Assembly: GCA_963700285.1 (NCBI GenBank)
Contig: CAVOXA010000010.1
Location: 1,920,001 to 1,984,000, forward strand
DNA: 64,000 bases
Source of the DNA: an uncultured Chloroflexia bacterium
GTDB lineage: Bacteria; Chloroflexota; Anaerolineae; JAAYZQ01
Reading direction: 5' to 3'
A program made the translations under genes and the position numbers. Below the pieces are notes generated by a model that saw only the letters and a list, made by a program, of their open reading frames with translations, ran no database searches and was not told the origin of the DNA. Below are positions 9,032 through 18,926 of this stretch, one piece after another. Position 1 is the stretch's first letter. Each line of letters opens with the position of its first letter.

Positions 9032-10447
9032 TCAGCATGTAGGCGCGTGATAGTAGACATCCCAGCCCATGTATTTGGCCAGCGCCTCATTCACGGCAGC
9101 CGCCACCTGCGAGCGGTTCATGGCTACGTGGTGCTCGTAGCCGTTTTCACAGATGTGCTTCAGCAACCCCTGGAATTCGGGTATCTCGATGACGCCAAAG
9201 CCGCCAAACGTATCCAGCGGGTCGTCGGTGATCCGTCCCTCACCCAGGTAGACACGGATGGCACCCCGAGCGTCGTCCGTCGACACGCGGCAGTAGCTGA
9301 ATGGCCCGCTCTTCACCCGCCCTACCACCGTGCCGTAGGTGTTCTCCTTGCCCACTGACCCGGCGATGATGTCCTGGTAGGACATCTCGGTTTCCTCAAA
9401 AAAGTCCTTGGGTAAGTTGCTACAGTGAAACATCACGCCCTTGTTGGGATCGTCGCCATAGTTATTGTTCCAGTCCAGCAGAGCGCTGGGCCTGTCCGAG
9501 GCGAGGGCCATGGCGTACATGCCTATCGCGCCGGTGATGTCGGTCTCGCAGGCGCTGGGCCTCAGTGTGTTGCTCAGCATGCTCATCACCGTGCAGGGCA
9601 CGATACCAAAATACTCCTCGATGGCAGTCCAGCACTGGAACGCCGTGGCTACCAGTTCATTTTCGTCCATCCATCGCTCCACCACCAGAGCGAATTTGGC
9701 CATTTTCATCAACGCCCCGGCCGGTATGCTCTGCGTCGGGACGTAGTCCTTGATCGCTTTGAGCTTTTCCTGTACCTCGGGATCATCGTCGGCCAGCTTG
9801 CCGACCCGGCCAAAGGCATCCGACAGGTCCAGGGAATCGACACTGATGCCGGCCCGCTCCAGGAGTTTCTCGCTAAAGCGCACGGTGATGAACGCCGCCG
9901 GGCGGGCGCCGAGCATACCAAACTTGGCTCCCCGCAGGCCCCGCACAACCCGGCAGGTACCGGCAAACTGGCGTAGATCCTGACGAAAACTCTCCGAGTC
10001 CGGCGCAACGGTGTGCAGGCTTGTCAGGGTGTAGGGGATGTCGTACTGCCACAGGCTGTTGCACAGTGACATCTTGCCGCAGAAACTGTCCCGCCGGTTG
10101 GCCAGCGTCATTTTGCCCACCTCGTCGGGAAAGGCCTGGACCAACACCGGCACGTCCAATCCCGACAAACGGACAGCATTGGCCGCGCCCCTTTCATCAC
10201 CAAAGTTGGGCAGGGTGATCAGGATGCCATCAATCTTTTGGCCATGCTCCTTGAACAGTGCAGCGCACTTTTTCGCATCTTCCAGTGTCTCCACCGAACC
10301 AAAGGGCGTGTCCTCAATACCCAGAAACACTGCCCCGATGCCTTCTTTTTCCAGCACGCGCAGGACCTCCGCGCGCCCAGTCTCACAAAGGTGGTCGGGG
10401 AAGAAACCCCGGTTGGCGACGATGACACCCAATGTTGTCTTGCTCAT
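9032..10447 (-). CDS. L-fucose/L-arabinose isomerase family protein
   Basis: PNFGDE, RRDSFCG, QCW, SACETD, FHCSN, GYEHH. Confidence 0.88.
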   Translation of the reverse strand: MSKTTLGVIVANRGFFPDHLCETGRAEVLRVLEKEGIGAVFLGIEDTPFGSVETLEDAKKCAALFKEHGQKIDGILITLPNFGDERGAANAVRLSGLDVPVLVQAFPDEVGKMTLANRRDSFCGKMSLCNSLWQYDIPYTLTSLHTVAPDSESFRQDLRQFAGTCRVVRGLRGAKFGMLGARPAAFITVRFSEKLLERAGISVDSLDLSDAFGRVGKLADDDPEVQEKLKAIKDYVPTQSIPAGALMKMAKFALVVERWMDENELVATAFQCWTAIEEYFGIVPCTVMSMLSNTLRPSACETDITGAIGMYAMALASDRPSALLDWNNNYGDDPNKGVMFHCSNLPKDFFEETEMSYQDIIAGSVGKENTYGTVVGRVKSGPFSYCRVSTDDARGAIRVYLGEGRITDDPLDTFGGFGVIEIPEFQGLLKHICENGYEHHVAMNRSQVAAAVNEALAKYMGWDVYYHAPTC

Positions 10448-10533
10448 ATCTTGCCTACCTCCTTGCGTTTCTCATGGGATGATAGACTGCCATTGTGTTC
10501 TCTGTGCGAACGATGGCAATCTGGTCCGATAGT

Positions 10534-11844
10534 CTACAGCCTCTCGGCCTCTTCGCGGGCGATTTGCACCCACCGGACCACCCGTCTGGGATCCTTGCCA
10601 ATGGTGTGATTGTCCTTCATGATCACTTCTACCCGGCAGTCACGGGTAGGGCGCAGCGCATCGCGCAACTGTTTCCGGACCTCCTTCTCATCAAAGTAAC
10701 TCACAGCCAGCGGCGTGGGGCTGGGCTTGATGGACATGATGAAGCGATCCTCCATCATGGCGGCCAGGTCGGGGATGTTGGCCCAGGGCGAGACAGAAAC
10801 ACGCCGCAGGCGAGGAATATCCTTGATGTACTCCCAGCGCTTGTCCACCGGCTCGCAGCAACCATAGCAATTCAGGCCAAAGCGTTCCAGGATAGGGATC
10901 TGGTAGGGCAGAATAGACTCGGCAAACATCTTGGGTGAGACGCCAATGGTCTCCTGGCTCTCGCCAAAACCCCACATGTCGATGGTGCGTACTCTGCCGT
11001 CAAAATCCGACTGGGGAAGCTCGTCGCTCCAGCCGAAACCACCCGAGCCCACATAAGTGCCATCGTTGTTGAGGCTCAGCAGTCCATTCTCCTCCAGATA
11101 GTCCAGCTTGGCCAGGTGGCCGTCACGCAGAATCGTCAACAGTTGGTGCACCTGGTCAGGACTGTCCATCAGGTCATACATAAAGTTGGTCAGGCCGCGT
11201 AAATTAATGAGCGTCCAGGTCATGCCCAGCGTCCACCACCAGGCGGTCTGAAGGCGTACCTCCAGCAAATCGCCCAGGGTCTCCTCCGCCAGCTCGACCA
11301 CCCGGGCTGTAGCTTCCCCGTCTACCTCGATAACCGGTGCGTGCAGTTTCTCCAGATCGTCAAAGCTCTTCAGGGGCGCCTCCCAGATATAAGAGCCACC
11401 ATCGTGCCCGCCGATCTTGTTCTCGTGCATGCCCCAGTCGCTCTCGGTGTACACGTGGGGTACAATAAAGCGGGGCAACACCACCCGATCGTCACACATT
11501 TCCGCACCCCAGAAGATCTCCTTGCGCAGGGTCATCTCCCAGCGCAGGGCCAGATCCCCCTCACACTCTAACTGGTCAAGGGTTATGATCTCGTTCCAGC
11601 CGTTCTCCGGGTCACAGAAAATGACCGGACGCGTGGGCTCCAGGGCATTAAGCTTGTACCATAGCTTGCGTTTCTCCTGCTCCACGGGACGCGCGGCCAG
11701 CTCGGCTACTTGAGCCGCCAGCCGGCGCAGTACTTGCCGGTCAGTGGGGCTGATCCTCAAGTCAGTGGCTACCTCGCCCATTGTGCTCAGCGTAGCCGCT
11801 GTTTGATCAAGCAACCTCTTTTTGACATCCGTATCAGCCATCAT
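10534..11844 (-). CDS. Uroporphyrinogen-decarboxylase/MtaA-like TIM-barrel protein of unknown function
   Basis: LRGLTNFMYDL.D.PD.VH, ESQET.GVSP.MF, YGCCEP, SVSPW, MKDNHT. Confidence 0.6.
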   Translation of the reverse strand: MMADTDVKKRLLDQTAATLSTMGEVATDLRISPTDRQVLRRLAAQVAELAARPVEQEKRKLWYKLNALEPTRPVIFCDPENGWNEIITLDQLECEGDLALRWEMTLRKEIFWGAEMCDDRVVLPRFIVPHVYTESDWGMHENKIGGHDGGSYIWEAPLKSFDDLEKLHAPVIEVDGEATARVVELAEETLGDLLEVRLQTAWWWTLGMTWTLINLRGLTNFMYDLMDSPDQVHQLLTILRDGHLAKLDYLEENGLLSLNNDGTYVGSGGFGWSDELPQSDFDGRVRTIDMWGFGESQETIGVSPKMFAESILPYQIPILERFGLNCYGCCEPVDKRWEYIKDIPRLRRVSVSPWANIPDLAAMMEDRFIMSIKPSPTPLAVSYFDEKEVRKQLRDALRPTRDCRVEVIMKDNHTIGKDPRRVVRWVQIAREEAERL

Positions 11845-11865
11845 AACTTCTCTCTCTCGTTCAGC

Positions 11866-13518
11866 CTATTTTATTACTGCGCCTCGGTCGGCCGGGCCAA
11901 CGAGACGAGAATAAGTCGCCAAGAATCCAGTGGTGACGGCAGGCTCGCGCCGCTTCCAGCTGACCAGCCGGTCTCGGATTTCCTCATCAGAAAGCCGGAC
12001 GTCCAGGCGACGGTTGGGGATGTCAATTTCGATCAGGTCCCCCTCTTGTACAGCAGCCAGCGGCCCCCCGGCGTAAGCCTCTGGGGTTACGTGTCCAATG
12101 CAGGGGCCGCGGGTGGCGCCAGAATAGCGACCGTCGGTGACCATGGCCACCGAATCGCCAAGCCCCATGCCGACCAGCATCGCCGCCGGGATCGACAGCT
12201 CGCGCATGCCCGGGCCGCCTGCTGGCCCCTCGTTGCGGATCACCAGCACGTCGCCGGGTCGGACGCTGCGCGACATGAGCGAGTCACGCACCTCGTCCTC
12301 GCTTTCGAACACCCGGGCGGGTCCCACGTGACGGAGCATCTCGGGGTGTACCGCACTCTGCTTCACCACGGCTCCGCGCGGCGCCAAGTTGCCCTTGAGC
12401 ACTGCAATGCCGCCCTCCAGGGCCAGGGGTTTGTCGAGCGAACGTACCACATCACCATCTGGATCCGGGGCATCTTCCGCAATCTGCCCGATAGTACGGC
12501 CGCCGACGGTGGGTGTGCCGCCATCCAGCAGAGGCGCCAGAACCTTGAGTACAGTGGGAATACCCCCGACCCGATCCAGGTCCACCACAGTATGCTGGGT
12601 CGCGGGTTTGAATTTGGCGATCAGGGGCGTGGTCCGGCTCAGCCGGTCGAAATCGTCGGGGGTCAACTCCAAGCCCGCACAGTCAGCCACTGCCGGCAGG
12701 TGCAAGGTGGCATTGGTTGAGCCTCCCAAAGCCAGACAGACCCGCACCGCATTTTCCAGGGATGGCCGGGTCAACATCTCCTTTGCAGTCCGCCCTTCTC
12801 TCACCAGCGCTACAGCCTGACGGCCACTGGCGCGGCACAACTCAGCCCGGCGGGAGTCAGTGGCTGGCAGCGTGGCGCAGCCCGGCAGTGTGAGGCCCAG
12901 CGCCTCGGCGACACTGGCCATTGTATTGGCCGTACCCATGAAGGCACAGGCCCCTGGGCCGCCACAGGCCAGACACTCGATCTCGTAGAAGGTTTCTTCA
13001 GAGATATGGCCGGCCTTGTAGCGCCCCATGGCCTCCTTGACGTCGCTCAGGACGATGGTCTTGCCCTCGTATTGGGCTGGGGCCATGGGACCCCCTGTGA
13101 CGATCACTGCCGGCAGGTCAATGCGCGCCGCCGCCATAAGCAGGCCGGGGATGATTTTGTCACAAGTACCCAGCATCACCATACCCTCAAAGCGATTGGC
13201 CCCCGCCATCAGTTCCACGCTGGCGGCGATGGCGTCGCGCATGGGCAGGATGTAGTGCATGCCCCGCCCCTGGGCGATGCCGTCACAGGGGGCGACCGTG
13301 TTAAACTCCACGGGCATGCCTCCAGCCTCGTGGACCCCCTCCTTGACCCACTCGGCCAACTGGCGCAAGTGATAGTGTCCCGGATTAACCTCGCTCCAGG
13401 AATTGGCAATACCAATCAATGGTCGCTCAAAATCGGCGTCGCCAAAGCCCATTGCCCGGTACAGCGACCGCGGGTAGGCACCGGCGATTCCCTCAAATAC
13501 ACCCCGTCCTTTTGACAT
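11866..13518 (-). CDS. ilvD: IlvD/Edd-family dehydratase (dihydroxy-acid or sugar-acid)
   Basis: PCDGIAQG, CDKIIPG, GACAFMGTANT, GGSTN, GPGMRE, TDGRYSG; start placed at MSKGRG. Confidence 0.9.
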   Translation of the reverse strand: MSKGRGVFEGIAGAYPRSLYRAMGFGDADFERPLIGIANSWSEVNPGHYHLRQLAEWVKEGVHEAGGMPVEFNTVAPCDGIAQGRGMHYILPMRDAIAASVELMAGANRFEGMVMLGTCDKIIPGLLMAAARIDLPAVIVTGGPMAPAQYEGKTIVLSDVKEAMGRYKAGHISEETFYEIECLACGGPGACAFMGTANTMASVAEALGLTLPGCATLPATDSRRAELCRASGRQAVALVREGRTAKEMLTRPSLENAVRVCLALGGSTNATLHLPAVADCAGLELTPDDFDRLSRTTPLIAKFKPATQHTVVDLDRVGGIPTVLKVLAPLLDGGTPTVGGRTIGQIAEDAPDPDGDVVRSLDKPLALEGGIAVLKGNLAPRGAVVKQSAVHPEMLRHVGPARVFESEDEVRDSLMSRSVRPGDVLVIRNEGPAGGPGMRELSIPAAMLVGMGLGDSVAMVTDGRYSGATRGPCIGHVTPEAYAGGPLAAVQEGDLIEIDIPNRRLDVRLSDEEIRDRLVSWKRREPAVTTGFLATYSRLVGPADRGAVIK

Positions 13519-13619
13519 TGCTGAGCAAAGAGCCTCCAGCCAGAATCTGGCAAGACCCACGACCCCTGCAAAGAACCAAACAAGGCACAGCCTTGCCGCC
13601 TTAGCAAGGGGACGTCTTC

Positions 13620-14009
13620 TTAGTTGAAATAATCTACGTTCATGAGCAGCCCGACGATGACCAGGAACCACAGAAAGGCCACCGCCAGCGCTACAACCGG
13701 TGCGCTGACGATCAACAGGAACCACCGGGCCGCACCCATGGCGGCAAAGACGAGGCCCAGGCCAAAACCGACGATGCTGCCCTTCAAAATGCGCCGGCCA
13801 GCATAGAAAGCTCCAATGGCCACGATCAGGTCGAACAGGCCATAGGCCACCAGACCGACCGTATGGGTCACGATCCAAAACTGATCAAAGCCTTCCGGCC
13901 TAATGACGGCAGCCAGAGCGGAGATCAGCGCAAAGGCGGCCAACACGAACAGCATGATGGCGGCGTAGGTCACCATTCCGGGGCGTTTTCTCTCGAGCCT
14001 GTGGGACAT
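13620..14009 (-). CDS. Hypothetical 4-TM membrane protein
   Basis: Hydrophobic ORF with SD AGGAGGAGG. Confidence 0.65.
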   Translation of the reverse strand: MSHRLERKRPGMVTYAAIMLFVLAAFALISALAAVIRPEGFDQFWIVTHTVGLVAYGLFDLIVAIGAFYAGRRILKGSIVGFGLGLVFAAMGAARWFLLIVSAPVVALAVAFLWFLVIVGLLMNVDYFN

Positions 14010-14055
14010 TTGCGTTCCTCCTCCTTGGATTCAGGGTTTCTGCAGTCAATAGGGA

Positions 14056-14688
14056 TCAGGTCCTCATCCGCTCCTGGAAGGCATGTTGGAGCTGCGGATC
14101 CTCGATAGAGTTGACGTCGATCAGTTCCTTGATGCCAGGGAATTCAACCGCTGGCTTGATGACCCCATCCGGAAGCATAGCAATGATATCGGTAAAAGGC
14201 CTGTGGGTCAAGTCTGATACCCCCTCCAGGGTCTCTCGTGACGCGCGCTGGGACGCTTGTCGGTGAGCCGGATACCCACAACCGCTTTCCACACTGAAGA
14301 GCCTGTCAAAAATGAACTGAAGGTTTACGTCGGCCGCCCAACCGTAGCCCTGGTTCAGCATCAGGGATATGCAGTTCCCACCGTTAATCTGTGTAAAGAG
14401 CCAAGCATCCAGTGAAGTCAGGATGTGGCCACAGAACACGCCCGGATACTGCATCACCGCATTGAGGTAGCCCTGCCCGGTACCACAGCCGCCGATGACA
14501 AAGTCAACGCGTTTCAGGTTCAGCAGGATCGCCGAGATCAACCCGGTGTGAATATAGGTGATTTCCGGCGTGGCACCATTCTTGGTCATTCCGGCATTGA
14601 TCACCTCGTGGCCACGACCCTCAAAAGCCGCCAGGATATCGGCGTTGCGGTCAGCAGCGCTGGTTTCATTGACAACTGCTATCTTCAT
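14056..14688 (-). CDS. RpiB/LacA/LacB-family sugar isomerase (long, DhuI-like form)
   Basis: MKIAVVNE, GCGTGQG, YPGVFCG, QINGGN, GYGWAA; SD GAAGGAG. Confidence 0.85.
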   Translation of the reverse strand: MKIAVVNETSAADRNADILAAFEGRGHEVINAGMTKNGATPEITYIHTGLISAILLNLKRVDFVIGGCGTGQGYLNAVMQYPGVFCGHILTSLDAWLFTQINGGNCISLMLNQGYGWAADVNLQFIFDRLFSVESGCGYPAHRQASQRASRETLEGVSDLTHRPFTDIIAMLPDGVIKPAVEFPGIKELIDVNSIEDPQLQHAFQERMRT

Positions 14689-14716
14689 ATTCGATCTCCT
14701 TCGGTAAATCCCAAGT

Positions 14717-14740
14717 CCTTCGACTTTGCTCAAGACAAGG
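14717..14740. repeat. Short REP-like intergenic element
   Basis: CCTTCGACTTTGCTCAAGACAAGG, with complementary CCTT/AAGG ends. Confidence 0.5.
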
Positions 14741-14750
14741 CCAGAACAGG

Positions 14751-15701
14751 TTACTTGCGCTCTAGCACGTGTTCGGCTGCGGCGACGACATCGTCCACCG
14801 CCAGACCAAAAGCATCCATCAAAGTCTCCGGGTCACGGGCGGTAAGAGCAAAAGTATCGGCCACCCCCACTCGGACCAGTGGCGTCGGACAGCGCTCGCC
14901 GAGCGCCTCTGCCACTGCTCCTCCGAGCCCACCAATGATCGAATGCTCCTCGGCCGTGACGATGGCTCCGGTTTCCGCGGCTGCTTGACAGATGAGATCC
15001 ACGTCGAGCGGCTTGATGGTATGGATCTCCAACACCCGGGCATTGATCCCCTTCTGGGCCAGTTTTCCGGCAGCCAGCAAGCTTCGGCCGACCATGGCCC
15101 CCGTGGCAACGATGGTCACGTCACCACCGTCCCTCAGGCCGATGCCCTTGCCGATCTCTACCTCAAGCCCCTCATCGTGCACAGGGATCGTCGTTGCGCG
15201 GCTGAGGCGCAGGTAGACCGGCCCATCATATTCGGCGATCACCGGTACCCATTTTCCTGCTTCTACCGTATCAGCCGGCACAATCACCGTCATGTCGGGC
15301 ATCGCCCGCAGGATGGCAATATCTGTGATGGCGTTGTGGGTAGGACCATCCTTAAAGTCCGACAGCCCCGCATAGCCAGCAGCCAGCTTGACATTTGTCC
15401 GGGCGTAGGCCACGCAAGTACGGATCTGTTCTGCGGCCCGCAGGGATAGCAGGGCGGCAAAGGCGTTGGCAAAGGGAATTTTGCCCCCCAGAGCCAGCCC
15501 AACTGCCACGTCCACGAGGCAGGGCTCCGCGATGCCGATATTGTAGAACCGTTCGGGGTAGCGCTGGGCAAAAAAGTGGGCCAGGGTTGAGCTAGAGGTA
15601 TCCGCGTCCAGGACAACGACGTCCGGGTTCACCTCGCCGTATGCCATCAGCGCGCGCCCGTAGCCTTCTCGCATGGGCATGGTCTGAGTAATGGCTGTCA
15701 T
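14751..15701 (-). CDS. Transketolase, C-terminal subunit
   Basis: GIAEPC, DGPTH, GPVYLRL, IKPLD, AEEHSIIGGLG. Confidence 0.93.
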   Translation of the reverse strand: MTAITQTMPMREGYGRALMAYGEVNPDVVVLDADTSSSTLAHFFAQRYPERFYNIGIAEPCLVDVAVGLALGGKIPFANAFAALLSLRAAEQIRTCVAYARTNVKLAAGYAGLSDFKDGPTHNAITDIAILRAMPDMTVIVPADTVEAGKWVPVIAEYDGPVYLRLSRATTIPVHDEGLEVEIGKGIGLRDGGDVTIVATGAMVGRSLLAAGKLAQKGINARVLEIHTIKPLDVDLICQAAAETGAIVTAEEHSIIGGLGGAVAEALGERCPTPLVRVGVADTFALTARDPETLMDAFGLAVDDVVAAAEHVLERK

Positions 15702-16540
15702 TGTGCCACCTCCTCTCCCAACTCAGCCAAGGCCTGGGCATATTCATCATCGCTGGGTGGGATCCCGTGCCACTTGGCTTTGTCCTCCATAAAAGAGACC
15801 CCTTTGCCCTTGGTCGTGCGGGCGATGATGACCGTCGGCCGGTTGTGGATCTCGGCTGCCATATCCAGCGCCTCCAGCACCTCGCGCAGGTTATGGCCAT
15901 TGATCTGCAGCACGGCCCAGTTGCAGGCGCGCCACTTGTCGGCCAGGGGCTCCATGGGCATGATCTCGTGCACGGCCCCGTCAAGCTGCACGTTGTTATA
16001 GTCCACGATGGCCGTGAGTCGGGACAGCCGGTACTTGGCTGCCGTCATCGCTCCCTCCCAGACCACGCCGGCCTGGCATTCCCCATCCCCAAGCAGGGTG
16101 TAGACCCGAGAGCTTTGGCCGTCCATCCTCGCGGCCAAGGCGAGCCCCGCTCCAATGGCCACACCATGGCCCAGCAAGCCCGAGGTCATCTCCACCCCGG
16201 GCGTCTTGAGGCGGTCGGGATGGCCTTGGAGATGGCAGTCGAGATCTCCCCATGCTTCCAAGTCCTCCATGGGGAAGAACCCGCGCCGGGCGAGGGCCGA
16301 ATACAGTATGGCGGAAGCATGCCCCTTGCTGAGGATAAACCGATCGCGCTCGGACCAGTCCGGCTGCTGAGGATCAAGGCGCATCTTTTGGAAAAAGAGG
16401 GCAGCCATGATCTCGGCGGATGACAGCGACCCGCCCGGGTGGCCGGCCCCCCTGCGATAGATCATCTTGATACTGTCCAACCGCAGCTCACGGGCTCTTT
16501 CCTGCAGTTCAAGGATCAAGGACTCGGGATAGTGAACCAT
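15698..16540 (-). CDS. Transketolase, N-terminal subunit
   Basis: GHPGGSLS, DRFILSKGH, LQGHP, GDGECQAG...N TPP motif. Confidence 0.93.
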   Translation of the reverse strand: MVHYPESLILELQERARELRLDSIKMIYRRGAGHPGGSLSSAEIMAALFFQKMRLDPQQPDWSERDRFILSKGHASAILYSALARRGFFPMEDLEAWGDLDCHLQGHPDRLKTPGVEMTSGLLGHGVAIGAGLALAARMDGQSSRVYTLLGDGECQAGVVWEGAMTAAKYRLSRLTAIVDYNNVQLDGAVHEIMPMEPLADKWRACNWAVLQINGHNLREVLEALDMAAEIHNRPTVIIARTTKGKGVSFMEDKAKWHGIPPSDDEYAQALAELGEEVAQ

Positions 16541-16723
16541 GGATATTCCTCCTCTTTGGTCAGAGTCAGGCAACCGGTAGTCTGGATCCAGTATCGACAA
16601 CCGCTTACGGATGAGATGGGTGACCGGGAGGCATTGGGCTTGACGCGGTTACATCTGCCCCAAGGCAGCCCAAACAAGCAGGGATTCTGAGCGCTGTCAT
16701 AGCCTGTACTCTCTCGTATTGAC

Positions 16724-17875
16724 TCACAGAGCCTGCCGGTACAGGTCGACGACTTGCTCATAGGTTGGCTTGCGAGGATTGACCACCTGCGCGTTGCCGC
16801 TCTCAAAGGCATCCCGAGCCATCTGTGGGATAAACTCCTCGGTCACGCCGACGTCGCTCAAGCGCGAAGGGATTCCTACTTGTGTGTTGAGCTGGTGTAC
16901 GGCTTGGACAGCAGCTTGCCCACTCGCTGCCGTGCCCATGGCCACCCCCACCCGCGCCAATTTGGCTTCACAGGCCGGCAGGTTGAAGGCCAACACAGCG
17001 GGGAGGAGGATGGCGTTTGCCAGACCGTGAGGCACGTCATAATAGGCGCTCAAAGGGTGGGCCATACCATGAACCAGTGCGGTCCGGGCATAGCTAAAGG
17101 CCATTCCCGCCATCGTACTGGCGTACAGAAGGTTCGCCCGGGGATCCAGTTCCGGCACGCGCACAGCAGCCGGCAGATTGGCAGCGATGAGGCGGATGGC
17201 TTCCAATGCCAGCCCGTCCGTGAAAGGCCCGGCAAAGAGCGAGATGACGCTTTCGATGGCATGCGTCAGCGCATCGATCCCGGTCGATGCTGTAAGGCTG
17301 GCTGGCAGCGAAAGAACCAATTCAGGATCCAAGACCGCGATATGGGGTGCCAGCAGTGGGGATCCCAGCACAACCTTTTTGCGCTGGGCCAGGTCGGTGA
17401 TGACGGCCCAGGTGGTTACCTCACTACCGGTGCCGACGGTGGTCGGCACGGCCAGGAGCGGCGCCAGGGGCTGGACGATCTTGCCCACGCCGACATAGTC
17501 CGCCAGTTCACCGCGATTCGTGGCCAGGGTGGCGACGGCTTTGGCCGCATCTATGGGGCTGCCCCCACCAACTGCTACGACGCCCTCGCAGACTGCGTCC
17601 CGGTAGAGGGCCAAGGCTTTTTCAACCGTCTCTATGCTGGGGTTGGGCTCGACGCCGTCGAAAATGGCGACGTCGATGCCTGCTCCGTCCAAGGCGGCTG
17701 TGACTCGGGTAGTGATTCCTGCCCGAGAAACTCCTTCGTCGGTTACAACCAACAGCCTGGCAACAGTGAGGCGTTGAGCCAGTTCGCCTATCCTGGCAAC
17801 CGCCCCTGGTCCATAGATGACCTCAGTGGCGGCCTGAAAGTTGGCAAGGGGGCCAGCATTTTTCGTCGTTGTCAT
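16724..17875 (-). CDS. Iron-containing alcohol dehydrogenase
   Basis: GGGSPIDAAK, PTTVGTGSE, DALTHAIE, HGMAH, HGLAN. Confidence 0.93.
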   Translation of the reverse strand: MTTTKNAGPLANFQAATEVIYGPGAVARIGELAQRLTVARLLVVTDEGVSRAGITTRVTAALDGAGIDVAIFDGVEPNPSIETVEKALALYRDAVCEGVVAVGGGSPIDAAKAVATLATNRGELADYVGVGKIVQPLAPLLAVPTTVGTGSEVTTWAVITDLAQRKKVVLGSPLLAPHIAVLDPELVLSLPASLTASTGIDALTHAIESVISLFAGPFTDGLALEAIRLIAANLPAAVRVPELDPRANLLYASTMAGMAFSYARTALVHGMAHPLSAYYDVPHGLANAILLPAVLAFNLPACEAKLARVGVAMGTAASGQAAVQAVHQLNTQVGIPSRLSDVGVTEEFIPQMARDAFESGNAQVVNPRKPTYEQVVDLYRQAL

Positions 17876-17892
17876 CTGGATGAGCCCCTCGC

Positions 17893-18909
17893 TTACACTC
17901 GGCGCCGGCGCCGGACATAGTCAAAGGTGATGGCTACCAGCAAAACCATATAGATCACGATCCTGTGCCAGTAGGGGTTGATGTTGAGGATGATCATCTC
18001 GTTCTGCAGTACACCGATGAGCATGGAACCGACGATGACGCCCGGAACGCTGCCTTCACCGCCCATCAAGCTCAGCCCGCCCAGGATACAGGCCGCGATA
18101 GCCAGTAGCTCATAGCCTTCGCCGGTACCGGGGTGACCGAGGCTCATGCGGCCAGCCTGGATCATGCCCACGGTCACAGCACAAACCACCGAGACGATGT
18201 AGCAAAGGATGATCCGGGCATCGACGTTGACCCCCGAAAAACGGGCCGCTTCCTTGTTCCCACCGGCGGCATAGATCTGGCGGCCGATGAAGGTATAGCG
18301 CAGCAAATAGTGGGCAAGGACGGCGACAAAAACACAGATGATCACCGGCACGGGAATGATGTCAAAGAGGTAGCCCTGCCCCATGGCGCTAAAGGCGCGC
18401 GGGAGTCCGGTGATGGGGAAAGCGTTGGTCACCACCAAGATGAATCCGCGGGCCACGCCCATGGTCACCAGGGTGATTAGAAAACCATGCATGTTGAGCT
18501 TGGTCACAAAAAGGCCATGGATCATGCCCACGCCCAAACCCAGTGCCAGCGTCATGAGGATAGCGAGCCAGATGGGCAAGCCCATGTTCATCATGAAATA
18601 GGCAGACATGACGCCGCCAAAGCCCACCATAGAACCAACCGACAGGTCGATACCGGCTGTAATAATGGTAAAGCCCACACCGATGGCTGCGATGGCCAGA
18701 ATGCCAACGTCACGAGTCATGATCTTTAGATTGGCCCCTGACATGAGCCGGGGGTTGATGATCGTCCCCACGACCAACAGCAAGATCACGATCAAAAAGA
18801 TTACAAACTCGGTGACACTAAACAGGCCCTTGATGGATTCCCAGATGCCTGGTCGGGCTGCCCTGCTTCGGGGTCCGTTCCCCTTGACGTCCGTCGTTGC
18901 ACTTTCCAT
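17893..18909 (-). CDS. Sugar ABC transporter permease (RbsC-like)
   Basis: GIDLSVG, GGNKEAARFSGVNV, YELLAIAACILGG. Confidence 0.93.
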   Translation of the reverse strand: MESATTDVKGNGPRSRAARPGIWESIKGLFSVTEFVIFLIVILLLVVGTIINPRLMSGANLKIMTRDVGILAIAAIGVGFTIITAGIDLSVGSMVGFGGVMSAYFMMNMGLPIWLAILMTLALGLGVGMIHGLFVTKLNMHGFLITLVTMGVARGFILVVTNAFPITGLPRAFSAMGQGYLFDIIPVPVIICVFVAVLAHYLLRYTFIGRQIYAAGGNKEAARFSGVNVDARIILCYIVSVVCAVTVGMIQAGRMSLGHPGTGEGYELLAIAACILGGLSLMGGEGSVPGVIVGSMLIGVLQNEMIILNINPYWHRIVIYMVLLVAITFDYVRRRRRV

Positions 18910-18926
18910 TGTGAACTGCCTCCAGA

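Noticed and set aside
11866-13878. 670-aa extended IlvD, and similar N-terminal extensions of the binding protein, LacI, ROK and P-type ATPase in the ORF track
   Set aside because: The extensions overlap neighbouring genes, promoters or intergenic DNA; downstream starts fit family lengths better
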